64,000 nucleotides of DNA, from positions 3,266-67,265 of the forward strand of contig CAYUNP010000002.1 of assembly GCA_964446085.1 (NCBI GenBank), in the 5' to 3' direction. A model generated the notes under the pieces. That model saw only the letters and a program-made list of their open reading frames with translations, did no database searches and was not told the DNA's origin. The position numbers and the translations under genes are program-made. Shown in pieces: positions 1-11,058 of the stretch (the first letter of the stretch is position 1; each line of letters begins with the position of its first letter). The DNA comes from an uncultured Pirellulaceae bacterium. Lineage in GTDB: Bacteria; Planctomycetota; Planctomycetia; Pirellulales; Pirellulaceae.

Positions 1-267
1 ATCCACTTTCGACACTTCTGCCAAGTGTAGCACCGAATACAGAAGCATCGATGCATGCCCGCACGAAAGCACAAATCGATCGCGGCCCATCCAGTTAGGA
101 TTCGCCGGGTCATAATTAAGAAAATTGGTCCACAGTGAATAAGTCAGCGGAGCCAGCGCCATCGGCGTTCCGGGGTGTCCGCTATTGGCTTCCTGAACCG
201 CATCCATCGACAGTGTTCGAATGGTATTGATGGCCAATTGGTCGATTTCTACAGTCGAGGTCGTCAT
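1..267 (-). CDS. tkt: Transketolase, N-terminal part (runs off the left edge)
   Basis: Not in the ORF track. Manual translation from ATG at 267 gives [40 protein letters not shown]...[17 protein letters not shown], the canonical transketolase N-terminus. Confidence 0.95.
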   Translation of the reverse strand, partial: MTTSTVEIDQLAINTIRTLSMDAVQEANSGHPGTPMALAPLTYSLWTNFLNYDPANPNWMGRDRFVLSCGHASMLLYSVLHLAEVSKVD

Positions 268-537
268 ATTTGCTCCTGCCTTACAGCGGATTTTTTCAAA
301 TTTATTTGGTTGTGATCGAATATTCCTTCTGATTATGGGGTTAAATCCACTGTGGTCAATTCGGGCTGTAATAATTAGGAACGCTTTGAAAAGGCTTTCA
401 AATAGTGATGCTGTCCCAAAGTCAATCAAGGGCTAAGATATTGGTAACCTTTGACGGATGATCCAACGACAAGCCGCCTTTGCGGTCGTAATGTCGTGGT
501 AAAAATTGAGTCGTCTAATTCTTGCGAGTGCAATGCA

Positions 538-1611
538 ATGAATCATCGAAGAGATTTTAACAAGCTAATTCTTGGCGGAGCGTTGGGCGCTGTCGGCGGG
601 GCTTCGATTGCTTCCAGTGTTGCGTCGGCAACACCAGATCGAAAAGCGTCTGCCAATGAAAAGTCTCCTTCTGAATTGATGACGCCGGAAACGAATGCGG
701 CGATCGATCGGGGATTGAATTATCTATTGCGTTCCCAGATCACGACGGGTCGCAACCGTGGAGCCTTCGCTGCCAGTGGCCTTCAATCGGGAGTCGCGAC
801 ATCGTCCCTGGGTGGATTGGCAATGATGTGCGGCGGCTATGCACCGGGCTTTGGAAAGTTTGGAAAAGCAATTGATAACTCGGCGCAGTTTGTAATGAAC
901 AACGTCCAGGGTACCGGATACATTTCGCGTCGTGATCTTCCCAGCGAGCGAATGTATGGTCACGGATTCAGCATGCTGTTCCTGTCGCAAGTTTACGGCA
1001 TGACCAAGAAGGCCGCGATCGGCGAGAAGCTTCGCAAAGCGGTCGCACTGACTTCAAAGACGCAAAACAAAGATGGCGGTTGGCGGTACGAGCCTGTCAA
1101 AAGCGATGCTGACCTGTCGATCACTGTTTGTCAGATCATGGGTTTGCGTGGAGCCAGAGATGCGGGAATCGATGTTTCCGATGAGGTGCGAAAGAAGTGT
1201 ATCGAATATGTGAAGAAGAGTCAGAACACCAACGGCAGCTTTCGATATACGCTTCGCGGTGGCCATTCAACGATGGCGATGACGGCAGCAGGCGTTACGT
1301 CGCTTTACAGTGCTGGAATTTATGAAGGTGATCAGGTCGAAAAGGCGCTGAAGCGTTTGTTGACTTCAAAGCCACGTTCTTCGCGCGGCGGACACTTTTT
1401 CTATACGCACTATTACGCGGTGCAGGCAATGTGGCACGCGGGAGGAGAATACTGGAACGCCTGGTATCCGGCGATTCGCGACGTCCTGTTGAAAGACCAG
1501 GCGGATGATGGTTCCTGGCGATCAAGCGAAGCGGGACCGCAGTTTGGTGCGGCGATGGCGTGTATTATTCTTCAGATGCCATTGAACTACGTGCCCGTGT
1601 TCTCGCCGTAG
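538..1611 (+). CDS. Prenyltransferase/squalene-oxidase repeat (terpene cyclase-like) protein, probably Tat-exported
   Basis: QW-type repeats QNKDGGWRY, QNTNGSFRY, QADDGSW and HFFYTHYYAVQAMW. From ATG 538 it begins MNHRRDFNKLILGGALG (twin-arginine-like signal). Confidence 0.8.
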   Translation: MNHRRDFNKLILGGALGAVGGASIASSVASATPDRKASANEKSPSELMTPETNAAIDRGLNYLLRSQITTGRNRGAFAASGLQSGVATSSLGGLAMMCGGYAPGFGKFGKAIDNSAQFVMNNVQGTGYISRRDLPSERMYGHGFSMLFLSQVYGMTKKAAIGEKLRKAVALTSKTQNKDGGWRYEPVKSDADLSITVCQIMGLRGARDAGIDVSDEVRKKCIEYVKKSQNTNGSFRYTLRGGHSTMAMTAAGVTSLYSAGIYEGDQVEKALKRLLTSKPRSSRGGHFFYTHYYAVQAMWHAGGEYWNAWYPAIRDVLLKDQADDGSWRSSEAGPQFGAAMACIILQMPLNYVPVFSP

Positions 1612-1663
1612 CAGTAGCGATGCTGCGTTCGTTCGACACGCCAGTGCCACCGTTGCTTCGATC

Positions 1664-3088
1664 TCAAATCTCGTAGGTCGACAACCCGTAGTCCTGCATT
1701 CGCGAGACCTTGTTAACCGAGTACAAACCGGCCAGCACGAACTCGACACAGGAAGCTCGAACCGCTTCATTGGAAGAGCTGTTGACCTCGAAAGCTTTCT
1801 CCCACGCAGGCGGGACCTGTTTAAGCCTCTCAGCGTACTGCGATGACGGAATCATGTCTCCGACTTCAATGCGAACTCCTTTGCCGAAGATCTCAGCGAT
1901 ATCGTCGAGCCCATGCTCGGTCACGTATTCTGTGAAGACGACGTTGATGGCTTCGGCGACAATGCTGTCCAACACCTGACGCTCCGACATCTGGTGACTG
2001 CCCATCAAATCGAGCTCCAGTTTACCGAGTGAAGAAGTGTACAGGTGTCCCAGGTCGCTGATTCGCGGCACAGCAGGCTTCTCACCCAGCACGATTCCGC
2101 GTTGCCTGGCACTGGAGATCATCGTTCGATAGTTCGCCAAACTGAAACGTGCGCTAACGCCCGATTGCTGATCGATGTACTTTGATTTCCTGGCTTGCAC
2201 GGTGACCTGTTCGCAGATCTCTTTCATGAAGTACGGCACAGCGACAGGGAAATCGCCATCGAGTTCGATCTCGGATTCCTGCTCCATGATCTCGATTCCG
2301 ATCGAACGTTCTTCCGGATAGTGCGTTTGAATCAGACTGCCAATTCGGTCCTTCAGTTGGGGGATGACTTTGCCACTTCGGTTATACGTCGACGGGTTCG
2401 CGGAAAACAGGATCAGCACTTCGATGTCGAAGCGGACGGGAAAGCCACGGACTTGCACGTCGCGTTCTTCGAGGATGTTGAACAGTCCAACCTGAACCAG
2501 TTCATCGAGCTCCGGAAGTTCGTTGATCGCAAAGATGCCGCGATGCATGCGTGGAATCAACCCGAAGTGAAGCGCGTCTTCGGAAGACATACTGATACCA
2601 CCGGCCAGTTTCGCTGGATCAATCTCGCCAATGATGTCGGCAAATTTGGTGCCCGGAGCCAGGCGTTCAGAATACCGATCGTCACGGTGCCACCATTTGA
2701 TGGGCGTCCTGTCAGGAGAATGAGACTCCACGAAGGCTTTGCCTGCTGTCGAAATTGGGTTCACCGGATCTTCATGAAACGGAGAATCCATATCCAGGTA
2801 CGGAATGAACTCATCAAGAAACCGAACCATCCCCCGCATCAAGCGACTTTTGGCTTGCCCTTTCTCGCCCAGGTAAAGCATGTCATGATTTGATAGCAGC
2901 GCGATATTGATTTCCGGAATCACGGTGTTGTCGTAACCGATAATGCCCGGGTAAAGTTCCTCTCCCGCGGCGAGCATTCGCACGAAGTTGTCCTGAATCT
3001 CCTGCTTGACAGGTTTTGACTGCCAACCACTTTCGAGTAGTGATTTTAAATTGCTGGGTCGATCGTTGGCGTTTGCCATCTTCGGCAC
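1664..3088 (-). CDS. AAA+ ATPase of the Mg-chelatase ChlI/MoxR-like family
   Basis: Walker A-like GEKGQAKS, Walker B-like FAINELPEL, sensor region [20 protein letters not shown]. Confidence 0.8.
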   Translation of the reverse strand: MPKMANANDRPSNLKSLLESGWQSKPVKQEIQDNFVRMLAAGEELYPGIIGYDNTVIPEINIALLSNHDMLYLGEKGQAKSRLMRGMVRFLDEFIPYLDMDSPFHEDPVNPISTAGKAFVESHSPDRTPIKWWHRDDRYSERLAPGTKFADIIGEIDPAKLAGGISMSSEDALHFGLIPRMHRGIFAINELPELDELVQVGLFNILEERDVQVRGFPVRFDIEVLILFSANPSTYNRSGKVIPQLKDRIGSLIQTHYPEERSIGIEIMEQESEIELDGDFPVAVPYFMKEICEQVTVQARKSKYIDQQSGVSARFSLANYRTMISSARQRGIVLGEKPAVPRISDLGHLYTSSLGKLELDLMGSHQMSERQVLDSIVAEAINVVFTEYVTEHGLDDIAEIFGKGVRIEVGDMIPSSQYAERLKQVPPAWEKAFEVNSSSNEAVRASCVEFVLAGLYSVNKVSRMQDYGLSTYEI

Positions 3089-3202
3089 ATTCCTGTTCGT
3101 TGGGGCTGTTAGTTATTCGTCAGCGTCATTATACAGTTTGTGACCGCGGACTGATTAGGAAGCAGAACTATTCGCTCGTTTTGAAAATGGACACCTGAAA
3201 TC

Positions 3203-3841
3203 ATGGCATCGCAAATCAAATTTATTTTCTTTGACATGGGCAAAGTTCTGCTGAACTTCGACCACCAAAGGTTAGTCGATCAGACTGCGAAGCTTTCAGG
3301 AAGCACAGCAAAGGACATTGAAGCAATCCTCTTTCAGCCTCCACACGATCTGGAGAACCGCTTTGAACGAGGAGAGCTTAACAGTATTGAATTTCACCAG
3401 TCATTTTGCGAGCAATCCAATTGCCAGGTCGATCACAATGAATTGATGTTGGCGATAGCGGACATTTTCTGGCTCAACACACCGATCGTTCACGTTGTAG
3501 CGCAGTTACGATCGATCAATTTCCCGATGGCGGTTTTGTCGAACACCTGTTCGGCTCACTGGGAATTCGCAATCAAACATTTTGCGGTCCTACGACTCTT
3601 TCAGCAGCGAGTTCTCAGCTATGAAGAACAAAGCATGAAGCCAGACGCAAAAATATACGATTCGGCAATTCGAATGGCGAATCAGCTCGTATCGTGCGGG
3701 CCAGACGAAATTTTCTTTACCGACGACAGGGAAGAAAACGTCCAAGCCGCCCGAGCTGAAGGTATGCAAGCCGAAATTTACGACTCTCCAGCAAAGTTGG
3801 TCAGCCAATTGAAGGCCGGAGGGATCCAGCTTCCCGGCTAG
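3203..3841 (+). CDS. HAD family phosphatase
   Basis: Motif I FFDMGKVL, motif II LSNT, KPD and FFTDDREENV. Confidence 0.9.
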   Translation: MASQIKFIFFDMGKVLLNFDHQRLVDQTAKLSGSTAKDIEAILFQPPHDLENRFERGELNSIEFHQSFCEQSNCQVDHNELMLAIADIFWLNTPIVHVVAQLRSINFPMAVLSNTCSAHWEFAIKHFAVLRLFQQRVLSYEEQSMKPDAKIYDSAIRMANQLVSCGPDEIFFTDDREENVQAARAEGMQAEIYDSPAKLVSQLKAGGIQLPG

Positions 3842-4025
3842 ATCGATGGCGAAATCGCACGGCAGCGGTGGCTGAGGCGGCTCGAGCGTCTCGTCGCAGC
3901 ACTTTCCTTTGACCACAAGTGCAGCGAATTCGTCTGCGGAAAGTATGTCCAATCACTCTTTCAATCGACGGCTTCCATTTCGATTACAATTCGGGAACTC
4001 GATTCGAATTAACGAAGGAACTGCC

Positions 4026-6119
4026 GTGCATTTTTCAACTTGCCGCCCAATCGCTTTTCATCTGACACTGATTGCTACTGTCCTGTGCACCTGCGTTTCG
4101 CAAGGGTCAGCTCAACGGCCCGGCCAAGCCAGAGGCCCCGGCGTCGTCTCGAGGGTTGTCTGGCACGAGGATGGCAAATCGGTTGAATTCACAAATCAGG
4201 GAACGCGGTACCTGTTCGACTTTGAAAGCAAAGAGAAAACAGAAGTCGAAGACGGCAAAGAAAAAGAAGCCCCGCGAACTCGAAACAATCGCAGGCGCAG
4301 ACGCCAGGAGCAAGGCAACACTGGCAAGTACATTGGACGGCCGTCTCGTGGAAGACAGTACACGAAAGTCGACTCTCCCGATGGAAAATGGCAGGCTCAA
4401 TATAAAGAGTGGAATCTGGTTCTGAAGAACAAAGAGTCTGACGAAATCGTGAACGTCACAACCGACGGTGACGAAAACATTCACTACGGCACAGCCAGCT
4501 GGGTCTATGGTGAAGAGCTGAACCAGACCAAAGCCATGTGGTGGTCAGCGGATTCAAAGAAGATCGTCTACTACAAATTCGACGATACCAAAGTCGAAAA
4601 GTTCTATTTGATTCGCGGCTGGTCGGACGTCAACACCCGGCTCTACCCGGAATACTATGCCAAGGCCGGTGCCAACAATCCGATCGCCGAACTGTTCATC
4701 TACGATCTGGAAACAAAGAAGTCGACTCGCGTCGATGTTGGCGGGTCCAGCGAAGAATACATCTACGGTATTCGACTTTCGCCACAGGGTGACACGATGT
4801 TGGTCAATTGGACGGATCGACTCCAACAGCACCTCAAAGTGATGACGATCGATATGGAGACGGGAAAATGTGAGTCGATCATCGAGGAGAAACAGCCAAC
4901 CTGGCAATCAAACTCGCCAACAATGACTTACCTGAAAGACAAGCAACGATTCCTGTGGCCAACGGACAAAACAGGATTCACTCACTATGAAGTTCGTGAT
5001 CTCGCAGGCAAGCAATACCACACGATCACAAAAGGCGAATTCCAGATCAACTCATTCGAAGTGCTGGAAGACGATAACATGATGAGCTTTGTTGCCAACA
5101 GTTCATCCGAAAACCCGTACTTCATGCAATATCATCTGGTCGATCTCGATGGCAAAAACCAGCGACGGGTGACAACGCTGGAACACCATCACTCCAGGTT
5201 TCAACTTTCTCCAGATCGCAAATGGCTGATCGCTCAATACGAAGAAGTCAATCGTCCTCCCTGCACAGCACTTTATAAAACAGATGGAACCTTTGTCGCT
5301 GACCTCGCGAAATCTGATCCTGATTCTGCCGCAAACCTTGCGGAGATGTTCAGCTTCAAATCTGACGACGGAAAATTTGATATCTACGGCGTGTTGTACA
5401 AACCAAAGGACTTTGATGAATCCAGGTCCTACCCAATCATCAACGCGCTTTATGGTGGACCGGGGTCGCGCGAAATCAGCGCCAGCTATGTAGGTCGTGA
5501 AAGACCTGAATGCCGCAGAGGCTACCTGGTTGCAAAGGTCAACAACCGTGGAACTGGCGGTCGCGGCAAAGACTTTCTGGGGGCAGCCTACCTGCGTTTG
5601 GGAGACATCGACATTCAGGACCATGCGGATGCAATTCGGCTACTTCGAAAGCGTCCATACGTTGACGGTGACCGGGTCGGGATCGTTGGACATTCCTATG
5701 GCGGCTTCATGTCTGCGCTTGGAATTTTCAAACACCCCGACGTTTATACCGCCGCCGTAGATCGTGCCGGGCCAACCGACTGGCGAAACTACGACACGAT
5801 TTACACTGAGCGCTACATGAGCACGCCACAGCTCAACAGAAAGGGCTATGACGCGGGCGCAGCGATGACCTACGTCAAGGATTTCAAAGGAAAACTTCTG
5901 ATCATGCACGGCATGCTCGACGACAACGTTCATCCAAACAATGCGTTTCAGTTAATCGACGCTTTGGACAAAGCTGGCAAGTCCTACGAGAGCCGATTCT
6001 GGCCCAATGGTGGACACGGTTTGGGGCGCGGAGCCGGGACGACGCAAAACGAGTTCTTTGATCGGGTGCTCAAACCGCAGCAGAATTCGCCGGCGCAGAA
6101 TGACAATCAAACCGAGTGA
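4026..6119 (+). CDS. S9 family dipeptidyl peptidase IV-like serine peptidase, secreted
   Basis: GHSYGG nucleophile elbow, DDNVH Asp and GGHG His, with a DPP IV N-terminal propeller region. The ORF track starts at 3909; GTG 4026 has an AAGGA RBS and precedes a signal peptide. Confidence 0.9.
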   Translation: MHFSTCRPIAFHLTLIATVLCTCVSQGSAQRPGQARGPGVVSRVVWHEDGKSVEFTNQGTRYLFDFESKEKTEVEDGKEKEAPRTRNNRRRRRQEQGNTGKYIGRPSRGRQYTKVDSPDGKWQAQYKEWNLVLKNKESDEIVNVTTDGDENIHYGTASWVYGEELNQTKAMWWSADSKKIVYYKFDDTKVEKFYLIRGWSDVNTRLYPEYYAKAGANNPIAELFIYDLETKKSTRVDVGGSSEEYIYGIRLSPQGDTMLVNWTDRLQQHLKVMTIDMETGKCESIIEEKQPTWQSNSPTMTYLKDKQRFLWPTDKTGFTHYEVRDLAGKQYHTITKGEFQINSFEVLEDDNMMSFVANSSSENPYFMQYHLVDLDGKNQRRVTTLEHHHSRFQLSPDRKWLIAQYEEVNRPPCTALYKTDGTFVADLAKSDPDSAANLAEMFSFKSDDGKFDIYGVLYKPKDFDESRSYPIINALYGGPGSREISASYVGRERPECRRGYLVAKVNNRGTGGRGKDFLGAAYLRLGDIDIQDHADAIRLLRKRPYVDGDRVGIVGHSYGGFMSALGIFKHPDVYTAAVDRAGPTDWRNYDTIYTERYMSTPQLNRKGYDAGAAMTYVKDFKGKLLIMHGMLDDNVHPNNAFQLIDALDKAGKSYESRFWPNGGHGLGRGAGTTQNEFFDRVLKPQQNSPAQNDNQTE

Positions 6120-6125
6120 ACTGGC

Positions 6126-8318
6126 TTAGTCCGAAAGCTCATTGAATGCTTCGAGGATTTCATCGCGACGACGGAAAAAGGCCTCGACGACGGCAGGATC
6201 GAAGTGCTTACCGCTGCCTTCCTTGATAATTTCGAAGCACTTGCCAATCGGATACGCATCCTTGTAGGGGCGTTTTGTGCTAATCGCGTCAAACACATCG
6301 CAGACCGCAGTAATGCGACCTTCCATCGGAATGTCTTCGCCACTCAACGCATGTGGGTAGCCGGTTCCATTCCACTTTTCATGATGGGTTTCAGCAACCA
6401 CAGCAGCCAGACGCATAACGGGTGAACTGCATTCGTCCACGATACTGCGAACCTGAGAGAGCGATTTGTTTGAGTCGAGTCTCTCACCGCTGATGATTCT
6501 ACTGCCGGTTCGACAGTGGTTTTTCATGGTTTCAAACTCATTGTCAGTCAGGCCAGCTGGCTTGTTGAGGATAGAATCCGGAATGCCAATTTTGCCAACA
6601 TCATGGAGTTGAGCCGCGTGTTCAAGATCGATAACTTTTTGTGGCGGGAACCCCAACTCGCGGGCAATAATGGCTGCATACCGGCCGACGCGGATGACGT
6701 GCCGTCCCGTGATATCGTCACGCAACTCGGCCGCACGTGCGAGACATTGAATCGCCTCGCGGCGAGATGCAATCAGCTCAGCTGTTCGAGTTTCGACCTG
6801 CTGTTCAAGCTTCGCAGAATAGCTGGCCAACAGATCGACGTGTGCTTTGGCGAGCAAAGTATTTCGAACACGAGCAATGAGTTCGCTGACAACGACTGGC
6901 TTGTTGAGGAAATCACTGGCTCCGAGATTGAGTGCCCGCACCCGCAATTCTGCATCGTTTGAAGATGTCAGAAAAATCACTGGTGTCGTACATGCAACGT
7001 CAACACACCTGAGTTTTTCCAGCACTTCCATTCCAGTGACGTGCGGCATATGCACGTCCAGTAACAGCAAATCCGGTTTCTCTTCAATAACTTTGGCAAC
7101 CGCATTTCGGGAGTCAGTTTCCACGTGTAGCCGCTCAAACCCCGCCATCTCCAGATACTTCTTCACGACGATCGCAGTCGATAGCTCATCATCAATAATC
7201 ATCACTTTTGAAGAAGTAACATTTGGCGTTTCAGGTACATCGTTAACCTGAATCGGTCGCAGCGTACTTTGGTTGTTGACGTTTTCAACAGCCACACAGG
7301 TCGAACCATCATGGAACGTGGTACAGTTTCTTCCTCTTTGCTTGCTACCATAGAGAGCCGCATCGCAACGGCGATAGATGAGCGAAGGATCGTCACCCTT
7401 GAGCGTGTTGGCGATGCCAATACTGATCGTCAGGTAAACTTTCTGTCCTTGAAGAACGATTGGATTTCTTTCAACGGCCTGTCGAATCCGTTCCGCCGCT
7501 CTCGCCGATTCGGTCTTGTTGCTAACCGGCATAATGACTGCAAATTCTTCACCGCCAATGCGACATACCAAATCGATCTCACGCGTTGTATGGCCAATCG
7601 TATCAGCGATCATCTTCAGCGCCTTGTCACCTGACTGGTGGCCAAAGGTATCGTTTACACTTTTAAAGTGATCGATGTCGATCATTAGCATTGCAAAATG
7701 TGTGCGCTGCCTCGTCCATTCGAGCATCTTCCGATTCAATTCAAAATCAAATGCTCGACGGTTCGCAGTGTCAGTAAGCGTGTCTCTCAGGACGTCCTGT
7801 TTCAGTTGCTCTGACTTGGCAAGCAACTCGTCGTAGGCGACTTTGGCAGACAGAGTATTTCGAACTCGTGCAAACAGTTCGTTGGCAACGATGGGCTTGG
7901 TGAGGAAGTCATTGGCACCCAGATTGAGAATTTCTGTTCGCGTTTCTTCACTGTTCGAGGATGTCAGCGCCAGAACAGGAATATTTCGGAGAGCCTTGTC
8001 ATTTCTTATTTGGCCAAGAATTTCTGCTCCGCTTACCGGCATCATCAAGTCAAGAATTATGAGATCCGGACTGCAGCCATAGATTCGCTGGATCGCCAAC
8101 CCGGATTCGTTCGTTGTTTCAACGTTGGCAAACTCGCAGGACGTGAGGTACTTGCGGATCAAAGTGGTCGTTGACTCGTCATCGTCAATCACCATGATTT
8201 TCGCTTTTTTGACCAGCGAGTCAGTAGAGCGTGGATAAGAAAACGGCGACGCAGACTCAGCACCAAAGATAACTGGTTGAGCGAGTGGCGTCGTGAATTT
8301 TGGCTGATCGGTTTGCAT
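6126..8318 (-). CDS. Response regulator REC-GGDEF-REC-HD-GYP (putative bifunctional diguanylate cyclase/phosphodiesterase)
   Basis: Two REC domains (IDDD..LDLMMP..KP; IDDE..LDVHMP..KP). GGEEF with an RxxD I-site (REID). HD-GYP motifs LHDVGKIG, HHEKWNGTGYP and DVFDAISTKRPYK. Confidence 0.92.
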   Translation of the reverse strand: MQTDQPKFTTPLAQPVIFGAESASPFSYPRSTDSLVKKAKIMVIDDDESTTTLIRKYLTSCEFANVETTNESGLAIQRIYGCSPDLIILDLMMPVSGAEILGQIRNDKALRNIPVLALTSSNSEETRTEILNLGANDFLTKPIVANELFARVRNTLSAKVAYDELLAKSEQLKQDVLRDTLTDTANRRAFDFELNRKMLEWTRQRTHFAMLMIDIDHFKSVNDTFGHQSGDKALKMIADTIGHTTREIDLVCRIGGEEFAVIMPVSNKTESARAAERIRQAVERNPIVLQGQKVYLTISIGIANTLKGDDPSLIYRRCDAALYGSKQRGRNCTTFHDGSTCVAVENVNNQSTLRPIQVNDVPETPNVTSSKVMIIDDELSTAIVVKKYLEMAGFERLHVETDSRNAVAKVIEEKPDLLLLDVHMPHVTGMEVLEKLRCVDVACTTPVIFLTSSNDAELRVRALNLGASDFLNKPVVVSELIARVRNTLLAKAHVDLLASYSAKLEQQVETRTAELIASRREAIQCLARAAELRDDITGRHVIRVGRYAAIIARELGFPPQKVIDLEHAAQLHDVGKIGIPDSILNKPAGLTDNEFETMKNHCRTGSRIISGERLDSNKSLSQVRSIVDECSSPVMRLAAVVAETHHEKWNGTGYPHALSGEDIPMEGRITAVCDVFDAISTKRPYKDAYPIGKCFEIIKEGSGKHFDPAVVEAFFRRRDEILEAFNELSD

Positions 8319-8493
8319 GGAACTACTTGCTTTGACGGCCCGACATTGGGCACAACTTGTTTATAAAATCTAGCTTTTACGAAGGGTTAACGTGAAAAAG
8401 TGACTAAATCGAAGCCTTAAACCGGCATCCCGAACTGGGTTGTGCCAATAAGACAGGTTAAGTGGATCGCGCTTATCGGGCGTTACGGCGGTC

Positions 8494-11058
8494 TTAGACA
8501 GGTTCCAGTTCAGGAATCACAGCCACGCGGCCAGCCAACGTGCAGATATCGCGAACGGATCGAATACAAGTGGCGATGTCTTTGGCTTTGGCAGCGGCCT
8601 CCAACTCAAGGCCTGGATCTCGAAATGTTTCATAGCCCGCCGACCCCCCAGCACCAGCCAACCAGTGACCAAGGTCGAAGAGCTTGCCAAAGTTCTGCGA
8701 CACAAGTGCCTTGACCATCTGTCTGTTTTTTTTATGCAAATTGCCAACGAAAAGTTCTGCCACTTTGATGAAATCCTCGTCGTCCATCGGCAACGAAGAT
8801 CCGATCGGCGTGGAATCTGGCTCTGAATCTGAAACCGTTAGCGTGGATGCGTTTTCCTGAGGCAGTGTTTCGACCAGAATCGTGTCAGACGTTTGATGTG
8901 GAGCAGGATCCTGAGCTGGCTTTTCCAATGAGATCGCTTCTCCGTCAACTGCCATTGCAAGTTCGGTGTAAAGACGAGTTCGATTGATTGGCTTGGACAG
9001 GAAACCACTGCAACCGGCCTCACGGCATCTCTTTTCGTCCTGAGCCATGGCATTGGCAGTAAGTGCCACAATCGGAAGTTGATGTCCCTGCGACCGTAAC
9101 ACTCTTGTTGCCTCAAATCCGTCCATCACTGGCATCTGCATATCCATCAGGACGACATCAAAGTTACCAGCGTTGACCATCTCGACCGCGATTTTCCCGT
9201 TTTCAGCAATATCAAAGGAGACGTTTGCTTTGCGGAGGTACACCGACACCAATTGTCGGTTCGTTTCTCCATCGTCAACAACCAACACATGCATCGGCGG
9301 CAACTTAATCGTGGAGGCAACACTCTGTTGGGCCAGACGCGGCTTCGCTGCTTCTTCCCGCGAAATCATTCTGACGCCTTCGACGTTGCCGACTTCGATC
9401 TTGAGAATGAATGTGCTGCCCTGACCAGGATCACTTTCGACTTCAATACCACCGCCCATTTCCTCTGCGAGTTCTTTGGAAATTGACAACCCCAAACCAG
9501 TGCCACCAAATCTTCTGGTGATCGACGTATCGGCCTGGGAAAATGGTTGGAAGATTTTCTCTTGCGCTTCAGCGGACATACCAATACCGGTATCAATGAC
9601 GCGGACACAAAGCATGTCCGGTCCAGTGTCCGAAATAATCTCTGTGCGAATCGTGACTCCACCGCTGTCAGTAAACTTGATGGCATTCCCCACAAGATTG
9701 ATGATCAGCTGACGAAGTCGCACCGCGTCCGCTGTAATCCCAGCCGGAATCGCACTGCTGTATTCGCTGCGAAGGTAGATCCCTTTTTCGTTCGCTTTGA
9801 TATTCAGAACAGATTCGACATCGTCGATCACATCGAAAATTGAAACTGTAGTTTTCTCCAGTTCCATTTGACCGGACTCAATTTTGGACAGATCAAGGAT
9901 GTCGTTGATCAACGCCAGCAAATGTTCACCGCTGTTGTGAATTGTCCCCAGATGCTTTTGCCGAATGGCAGGATCCTCTTCAAGGTTCTCCTGAAGAACT
10001 TCGGCGTAACCCAGAATCGCATTCATGGGTGTTCTGATTTCGTGACTCATGCGAGCCAGAAAGTCACTTTTCGCGCGATTGGCTTCGTCAGCCTGCTCCT
10101 TGGCATGGGTAAGGGCCACTTTGTGATTCTCAAGTTCCGTCACGTCTTCGAAAGAAGTCAGAACTCCCACATACTGCCCCTTGGCTCCGATAATCGGAGA
10201 AGAGTTCGCGATCAGCGTCATCAGCTTTCCGTCCTGATTGGGCAGCTTCAAAAACGAACCGGCGACCAGATGACCGTTTTGAAGCGCTGTCTCCCAGGGT
10301 CTGTTCGTTACAGCGTTTCCAGAATATCCGACAGCTGTTGATGGGCCACTGACGTCAGCATTTTCCCATGGCAATTTCCCCGGGTCACTGCCAATGAGTT
10401 TCCGTGATTCACAACCAATCCAATTCGCGAACGCCTCGTTTGCCAGGCGAACACGTCCCTTGGAGTCCGTCAAAATCAGGCCTTCGGTCAATGTGTTGAG
10501 CGCGTCTTCGACATGCCGTGGCACCGCCCTGGAAGGATCCAGCTGCTTGAGCACTTTACTCAGGTACCAGGCAAATGCCATCACACAAACAAGCGATACA
10601 AGCGTCATGTAGAGATACTTCGGGCTCAACCAGGAAGCAATCAGACGATCTGCGAAGACCGGTCGGAAACAAACTTCCAACTGTCCCCACTTTTGCTTCC
10701 CATAGTTCAGCGTGACGGCAACCTGAGTTTCAGCAGACTGACTGGTGTCTTCTTTCCAGTTTTTGCGATGTTCACCCGCGGACAAGTTAATGCTGCCGCT
10801 ACGTTTCCGAAGTGCCGCCGAAATGATATCCGGGTTTCGCTTCACCACCATTTCCAGGTTGCGTTGCAGCATGATCGTATTGCCACTGTTGATCAGTTCT
10901 GAACTGTTGATTGCCAGTGAGCTGCAGAGTTGTCCCCGTCCTTTAAGTGTGGCGGCGCGTTCGTCGGGCGCGATCCCCAACGCACTGATAATCGACATGA
11001 CGCTGACCAACAGGCAAATCAGGCCGAAAGTCACTTGGTACTTTACAGGTATATTCAT
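8494..11058 (-). CDS. Hybrid sensor histidine kinase (2TM-periplasmic-PAS-HisKA-HATPase-REC-Hpt)
   Basis: H-box MSHEIRTPMN, N-box NLVGNAIKFT, G-boxes DTGIGM and GGTGLGL, REC LMDMQMPVMDG, Hpt-like GHWLAGAGGSAG, and two N-terminal TM segments. Confidence 0.93.
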   Translation of the reverse strand: MNIPVKYQVTFGLICLLVSVMSIISALGIAPDERAATLKGRGQLCSSLAINSSELINSGNTIMLQRNLEMVVKRNPDIISAALRKRSGSINLSAGEHRKNWKEDTSQSAETQVAVTLNYGKQKWGQLEVCFRPVFADRLIASWLSPKYLYMTLVSLVCVMAFAWYLSKVLKQLDPSRAVPRHVEDALNTLTEGLILTDSKGRVRLANEAFANWIGCESRKLIGSDPGKLPWENADVSGPSTAVGYSGNAVTNRPWETALQNGHLVAGSFLKLPNQDGKLMTLIANSSPIIGAKGQYVGVLTSFEDVTELENHKVALTHAKEQADEANRAKSDFLARMSHEIRTPMNAILGYAEVLQENLEEDPAIRQKHLGTIHNSGEHLLALINDILDLSKIESGQMELEKTTVSIFDVIDDVESVLNIKANEKGIYLRSEYSSAIPAGITADAVRLRQLIINLVGNAIKFTDSGGVTIRTEIISDTGPDMLCVRVIDTGIGMSAEAQEKIFQPFSQADTSITRRFGGTGLGLSISKELAEEMGGGIEVESDPGQGSTFILKIEVGNVEGVRMISREEAAKPRLAQQSVASTIKLPPMHVLVVDDGETNRQLVSVYLRKANVSFDIAENGKIAVEMVNAGNFDVVLMDMQMPVMDGFEATRVLRSQGHQLPIVALTANAMAQDEKRCREAGCSGFLSKPINRTRLYTELAMAVDGEAISLEKPAQDPAPHQTSDTILVETLPQENASTLTVSDSEPDSTPIGSSLPMDDEDFIKVAELFVGNLHKKNRQMVKALVSQNFGKLFDLGHWLAGAGGSAGYETFRDPGLELEAAAKAKDIATCIRSVRDICTLAGRVAVIPELEPV

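Noticed and set aside
2195-2893. 232-aa plus-strand ORF (likewise 26105..26860 and 29265..29942)
   Set aside because: Antisense to well-supported genes, with no domain signal.
8340-8455. TTGGCAC as a sigma54 -24 box; imperfect long-range inverted repeat
   Set aside because: No -12 TTGC at the correct spacing, and the repeat is short and interrupted.
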